Origin: Macrostomum hystrix
Taxonomy: Eukaryota; Animalia; Platyhelminthes
Length of the DNA stretch: 64,000 bases
Direction: 5' to 3'
NCBI GenBank assembly: GCA_950097015.1
Contig: CATNEN010000038.1
Coordinates: 17,422,001 to 17,486,000, forward strand
The notes beneath the pieces were generated by a model. The model had not been told where the DNA came from, did no database searches, and saw only the letters and a list, made by a program, of their open reading frames with translations. Below are positions 58,392-64,000 of the stretch, piece after piece. A program made the position numbers and the translations under genes. How positions within the stretch are numbered: the stretch's first letter is position 1; each line of letters begins with the position of its first letter.

Positions 58392-59685
58392 ATCTCAGAT
58401 CCTCTGGTTTGAGCAGTCATCCCAGATCCTCTGGTTTGAGCAGCCATCCCAGATCCTCTGGTTTGAGCAGCCATCCCAGATCCTCTGGTTTGAGCAGTCA
58501 TCTCAGATCCTCTGGTTTGAGCAGCCATCCCAGATCCTCTGGTTTGAGCAGCCATCCCAGATCCTCTGGTTTGAGCAGCCATCCCAGATCCTCTGGTTTG
58601 AGCAGCCATCCCAGATCCTCTTGTTTGAGCAGCCATCCCAGATCCTCTGGTTTGAGCAGTCATCTCAGATCCTCTGGTTTGAGCAGTCATCTCAGATCCT
58701 CTTGTTTGAGCAGTCATCCCAGATCCTCTGGTTTGAGCAGCCATCCCCAGATCCTCTGGTTTGAGCAGTCATCTCAGATCCTCTTGTTTGAGCAGTCATC
58801 CCAGATCCTGTGTTTTGAGCAGTCATCCCAGATCCTCTTGTTTAAGCAGTCATCCCAGATCCTCTGGTTTGTTCAGTCATCTCAGATCCTCTTGTTTGAG
58901 CAGCCATCCCAGATCCTCTGGTTTGAGCAGCCATCCCAGATCCTCTGGTTTGAGCAGTCATCTCAGATCCTCTTGTTTGAGCAGTCATCCCAGATCCTCT
59001 GGTTTGAGCAGTAGTCCCAGATCCTCTGGTTTGAGGAGCCATCCTTCCAAGGTCCTCTAGTTTGAGCAGTCTTCTCAAATCCTCTGTTTTGAGCAGTCAT
59101 CCCAGATCCTGTGTTTTGAGCAGTCATCCCAGATCCTCTTGTTTAAGCAGTAGTCCAAGATCTTCTGGTTTGAGCAGTCATCTCAGATCCTCTTGTTTGA
59201 GCAGTCATCCCAGATCCTCTGGTTTGAGCAGCCATCCCCAGATCCTCTTGTTTAATCAGTCATCCCAGATCCTCTGGTTTGTTCAGTCATCTCAGATCCT
59301 CTGGTTTGTTCAGTCATCTCAGATCCTCTGGTTTGAGCAGCCATCCCAGATCCTGTGTTTTGAGCAGTCATCCCAGATCCTGTGTTTTGAGCAGTCATCT
59401 CAGATCCTCTTGTTTGAGCAGTCATCCCAGATCCTGTGTTTTGAGCAGTCATCCCAGATCCTCTGGTTTGAGCAGTCATCTCAGATCCTCTTGTTTGAGC
59501 AGTCATCCCAGATCCTGTGTTTTGAGCAGTCATCCCAGATCCTCTTGTTTAATCAGTCATCCCAGATCCTCTGGTTTGTTCAGTCATCTCAGATCCTCTG
59601 GTTTGTTCAGTCATCTCAGATCCTCTGGTTTGTTCAGTCATCTCAGATCCTCTGGTTTGAGCAGCCATCCATCCCAGATCCTCAG
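58392..59685. repeat. 27-bp minisatellite TTTGAGCAGTCATCCCAGATCCTCTGG
   Basis: About 47 copies between the convergent ICE1 and CYP genes. Confidence 0.96.
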
Positions 59686-60062
59686 AAGCAAAAATTTAAG
59701 TAAATTTAGCCATAGGTCAACTGTTGCTACGCGCTGAATCTAAAGAAACTGAAACAAGAGGAATGCAATGTTAACTATGAGTATACACGAGTGTACTGAA
59801 TGCTTTAACGCTTTCGGAAAGACTTGATCTTCTGCAAGAAACTGTCTACGAGAATCTCGACGTTTTGGATAAGTGGCGTCTTGATTATTGTTTTCAAAGG
59901 TGTGCAACGAAAATTAACCCGGGTTCTTCGAATTTCATTCCTTATTTCAGGTGGAGAAAAAATACATTGGTATGGATTTTACCGTTAATAAAAAGAGAAT
60001 ATGAAGCTACAGCAGTCAGGTTTTTAAAGGTCATTCTTGTTTTTTTAACAACGCCGAGGTCG

Positions 60063-61583
60063 TCAACTGGACCTGTTCGTGAAGACAATCTTGTGCACCG
60101 GCGGGCTCCTAATAAAGACTCCCTTGGTGAACTCCGGATCGTCGGTTAGCTGCCAGATGTTCCTCGAGTCCGTGGGGTCCAGGCCAAATGTGTAGCGCTG
60201 CAGCAGGGTGGCGAAGAAGATGAAGAGCTCCATGCGGGCCAGACTCTCGCCCAGGCAGGCGCGCTTGCCTAAGCCGAAGGTGGCCAAGTGCGGGCAGGGC
60301 ACAAACTGGCCGTCAGTGCCGAGGTGCCGCTCCGGCAGGAAGCGCTTCGGCTCCGGGAACAGTTCCGGGTCGTGGTGTATGGAGTACACGTTAAATGCGC
60401 AGAGGCTGTTGGCCTTGAGGCGGACGCCGTCCACGGTGATGTCCTCCAGGACGCGGTGGAATACGCCTAGCGCTACCAGGCAGGCCTTGCGGTGGACCTC
60501 CTCGATGACGGCCTGGGTGTAGTGCAGCGCCGACTTGTCCTGCATCGTTGGCAGGCGCTCTAGACCGATCTTGTCGGCGATCTCCTTGTGCGCCTTCTCG
60601 GCCACCTCCGGGTTGGCGATCATGAACAGCACCGCCCAGCGCAGCGTGTTTGACGTGGTGTCGGTGCCCGCGATGAACAGGTCGCTAATTGCCAGCGTCA
60701 AGCGCACATCCGTGAACATGTCCGGCCTGCTGCGCTGATGCAGGAGGTGCGCCTCGATGTAGTCCCTGGCGTGTTTGACGCCTTCCATCTCCGCCGCGTG
60801 CTTCTCCCGCTGCTGGTTACAGTAGGCCTGCAGCCGCTTGAAGTTGTCGGCCACCTGCCTGGAGCCGGGCAGTTTGCTGATGAGTGGCAGAAGTATCGGG
60901 AAACGCTCCAGCACCGGACCGGTGGAGAGAAAAATGAAGCTATTCCGATTGAAGTCCGGCGTCTGCGTAATGTCGCTGAACAGCTGCAGGATCTCGGCAA
61001 AGTTGGCGTCCTCCGACGCCAACCGGGAGCCAAACACAAGCTGACAGATGACGTTGCTTGTTGCCGTGCTCATCAGCGCCGATGTCTCGACCGGGGCTCC
61101 ATCGGCCGCGTCCAGCATCCGCTGGAGATGCTCGGCTTCGACTCGGATGATCTCCTCGGCGCCTCGCCGGCCGAAGCCGAAGTCGCGGAGAGTCTTGAGC
61201 GTGAAGCGCCGGTACTCCCGCCAGATGTCACCTTCGCTGTTCACCAGTCCGCCAACGTCGCCGAACAGGCTGGCGGCGATGAGCTGGCTCATGCGGCCCG
61301 TCATCTCCTCGGCGTTGTCCAGCATGGCGGCTCTGAAGGCCGGCCAACGGTTGAACACGTACACCGGCTGGATGCCGAAGTGGACTCGCACAATTTGATG
61401 ACTGCCGAACTTCTCGTACAGAGTCAGGTGCAACGGCTCCTCCAGGTGCAGCAGGCTGCCAATCAGCGGATAACGGCCGACACTGATTGGCTCCCGGCTG
61501 TCCTCCCAGCGTTTCTGCAGTAGCCAGATTAGGCCCCCGGCCAGCGCAGCTCCGCCAGCCAGCACCAGGGTGGACGCGGCCAT
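60063..61583 (-). CDS. Cytochrome P450, clan 2 (CYP2-like), intronless, 506 aa
   Basis: N-terminal anchor, YPLIGSL, WREYRRFTLKTLRDFGFG, I-helix AGTDTT, EEVHR (ExxR), PERH and heme loop FGLGKRACLGESLA. Confidence 0.96.
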   Translation of the reverse strand: MAASTLVLAGGAALAGGLIWLLQKRWEDSREPISVGRYPLIGSLLHLEEPLHLTLYEKFGSHQIVRVHFGIQPVYVFNRWPAFRAAMLDNAEEMTGRMSQLIAASLFGDVGGLVNSEGDIWREYRRFTLKTLRDFGFGRRGAEEIIRVEAEHLQRMLDAADGAPVETSALMSTATSNVICQLVFGSRLASEDANFAEILQLFSDITQTPDFNRNSFIFLSTGPVLERFPILLPLISKLPGSRQVADNFKRLQAYCNQQREKHAAEMEGVKHARDYIEAHLLHQRSRPDMFTDVRLTLAISDLFIAGTDTTSNTLRWAVLFMIANPEVAEKAHKEIADKIGLERLPTMQDKSALHYTQAVIEEVHRKACLVALGVFHRVLEDITVDGVRLKANSLCAFNVYSIHHDPELFPEPKRFLPERHLGTDGQFVPCPHLATFGLGKRACLGESLARMELFIFFATLLQRYTFGLDPTDSRNIWQLTDDPEFTKGVFIRSPPVHKIVFTNRSS

Positions 61584-62569
61584 GCCAACCAGTTAAAACT
61601 TGCCGGCCTCGTTAATGAAACTTTTCCAACTATAGAAATCAGGTCTATTTATACTGCGGCTAGTGAGCCTGTCTGGCTGAGCTGCAAGTAAAATTCTCTG
61701 CGCAGATATCAACGGAGGGCATTGAAAGAAAGCTATTAAAAGACAGTCGAGGTTGGTGTTGAGTATGAGCATACGAGGTTAAATAATCTAAGTTTTTCTC
61801 TAGAGGTCGCACCTATTCTGTGGTAAGATTTGGAGGTTATTTCACTAATCTACAACAGCTGTTATTTATTTATCATTGTCAGACAATTTTTTGTACTAAA
61901 TTATCTAAGTATTCATTCTCTTCTTTCATCTTTCATAAAAAATAATGGAAAATATGAACTCAGTTAATGAATTGTTACAGGTCAGAGGATGATAAATTTA
62001 GTCAAAAAATGCAACGTGATTTTTATATCTGCGCAAAGTTGCCACAGATTTAGCTAGACACAGAAACATAAAAGCTGCAAAACTGCTTCAAGTAGAAGAA
62101 TAAAAGCTTTAAAAAACACAATATATCGTATAGGAAACGATCAAAAAGACTTGGCAAGCAACACAATGTTGATAAGTTGACATGCAAGACAACTAAAAGG
62201 TACTCATCTGATTTAAATCACTGGTCATGGAAAAGCACCAAATTATATGGTACACTGGTTAAAGTTATCGGGTCTCAAGAATAGATCTTAGTTCATGACT
62301 ATCATTAGGGTCAGAAGGATTTATCTTTGGTCATAGAAGACAAAGTTATTTTTTGTTCGTAGGCATGGAATGGCTTCTTTGTCACTAATTAAGACCGTAT
62401 TCATAAAATTACAATTGTTATATTTTTGTAAAAAACTAATAATTAACAAAAATTATAAAAAAACGCTGCATGCGCACTGAATTTTATACTCATAGTAGGA
62501 CACAAAGAACGACCTTCAAATTGTAAAAAATTTAAGTACATAAAATTTACCGTACCGTAAAAAATAGCC

Positions 62570-64000
62570 CTAATTAAAAATGCTCGCAGTACCGTACAAA
62601 ATGGATCGACAAATTTCGCCAAACATTGAGTCCAATTTTTTCACCTGTGACTCTGTATAGACCTTATTGTGAATTCGATACCACAGGTGTAACAGGTAAT
62701 TACGCCGGCGCCAGTCCCACCTGGCCTGCTGGCCTGTGTCATAGATCAGGGCCACCTGTTGCGGGGTCCAATTCGGTCTGGCCATGCTCTCCTGCTCCAC
62801 GTGGCACAGCTGCGGGAGGGCTCGAGCTAGCCTGTCGGGCAGGTGTACGGAATGGATGGCCCAATCGGCAGTGTTAAATGTCTGATAGGCCAGGTGCCAA
62901 ATTGCGACAAAGCTGGCATTTGGTGCGGAGAGCATCGCCGCGTTACAGAGGCCGCTGGAATGCTCCCGACCGATGGTGAAGTCGTAGAGTCGCAACGGGT
63001 CGAGGGGTTTGAGCACAACAACGTCCAGGTCGAGATAGACTCCGCCAAAGATGAGTAGGGCTTCTAGACGCATGACGTCTGACTGATGCTCCGGTGTGGC
63101 TATTGGGCGGGAGTACACTCGCTGTGGTAGCTGCCTGGTTGCCATGACAACGCGATCATCCCAGTTGTGCCCGGTAAGATTGCGTCGAAGCGCCTTCCAC
63201 CAATGGCCTCCGAGTGGACGGCCGGGCGGCTGCCACAGCAGCAGCAGCTGGGGCCGCATCACGTGCACGCAGCTGAGCAGGCTGACGAAGTGATGAAAGC
63301 GCAGGCGGGCTTCCATAAACGGCAGGATATAGTGGGCCGCGTTTGGCACCGGGTTGCCCTGAGAGCGGTTTAGAGTTACTCGGAGTCTTGGAGACATTGT
63401 GTCTAACAGCTGACACGTGTCTAACACCTGACACTAATGTCTAGCAAAAGACACTCAAGTCTAACAACAGACACTCATTTCTAACAGCTGACACTCGTGT
63501 CTAACAGCTGACAGTCAGTTCTAACAGCTGACACTCCAGTCTAACAGCTGGCACTTAAGTCTAACAGCTGAAACTAATATCTAACAGCTGACACTAATAT
63601 CTAACAGCTGACACTAATATCTAACAGCTGACACTAATATCTAATAGCTGACACTAATATCTAACAGCTGACACTCATATCTAACAGCTGACACTCATAT
63701 CTAACAGCTGACACTAATATCTAACAGCTGACACTAATATCTAACAGCTGACACTCATATCTAACAGCTGACACTCCAGTCTAACAGCTGACACTCCAGT
63801 CTAACAGCTGACACTCCAGTCTACAGCAAACAAACCTGAGATCCCTGTAGAAGCGTTCTCTGCACAGCCTCCACCGTCAACACTCGGCCAGACAAGGTTT
63901 TCAGGCGCCAGTCGACAGTAGAAAACCGCGGCACCTGGTGCCTCATCAGGCTGTGCAACAGCAGCCCAGAGCTGCCATGGATTCTCCAGGCGATCTTACT
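62570..64000 (-). CDS. GT32 alpha-1,4-glycosyltransferase-like (A4GNT/A4GALT family), last two exons, partial
   Basis: Exon 63358-62570 (acceptor CTCTCAG|GGC) contains VPNAAHYI, EHQSDVMRLEALLIFGGVYLDLDVV (DxD), LCNAAMLS and WAIHSVHLP. Upstream exon >=64000-63836 is open and in phase (CAG|GTTTGT). Confidence 0.88.
63400..63825. repeat. 20-bp minisatellite CTAACAGCTGACACTAATAT in the GT32 intron
   Basis: About 21 copies. Confidence 0.95.

Noticed and set aside
60738-61523. 261-aa antisense ORF over the CYP, and antisense ORFs over KIF23 and ICE1
   Set aside because: Shadow ORFs expected from GC-rich codon usage on the opposite strand.

Overview
Intron-rich animal genomic DNA: AT-rich intergenic sequence, GC-rich exons and a different minisatellite in most introns. 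This style resembles a free-living flatworm such as Macrostomum, but the organism is an inference. I reconstructed nine protein-coding genes by hand from GT-AG junctions: a SUV4-20 H4K20 methyltransferase (partial), kinesin-6 KIF23/MKLP1, a secreted CAP/SCP protein, an OFA-like MFS transporter, the NALCN auxiliary factor NLF-1/FAM155, an MPP8 orthologue (chromodomain + ankyrin + C-terminal domain, a HUSH subunit), an ICE1-like little elongation complex scaffold, an intronless clan-2 cytochrome P450, and a GT32 alpha-1,4-glycosyltransferase (partial). Mobile DNA includes a 2.94-kb foldback palindrome with an 8-bp TSD and internal 170-bp satellite arrays, a 5'-inverted (twin-primed) RTE-like LINE nested in a 9-bp-TSD MITE, hAT-like MITEs and three copies of a tRNA-derived SINE. 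The most notable points are the invertebrate MPP8 with its TASOR-binding domain, the foldback/satellite element, the twin-primed non-L1 LINE, and a set of different minisatellites sharing a CCAGATCC(T/C) core. Family assignments rest on recalled motifs, not on database searches.
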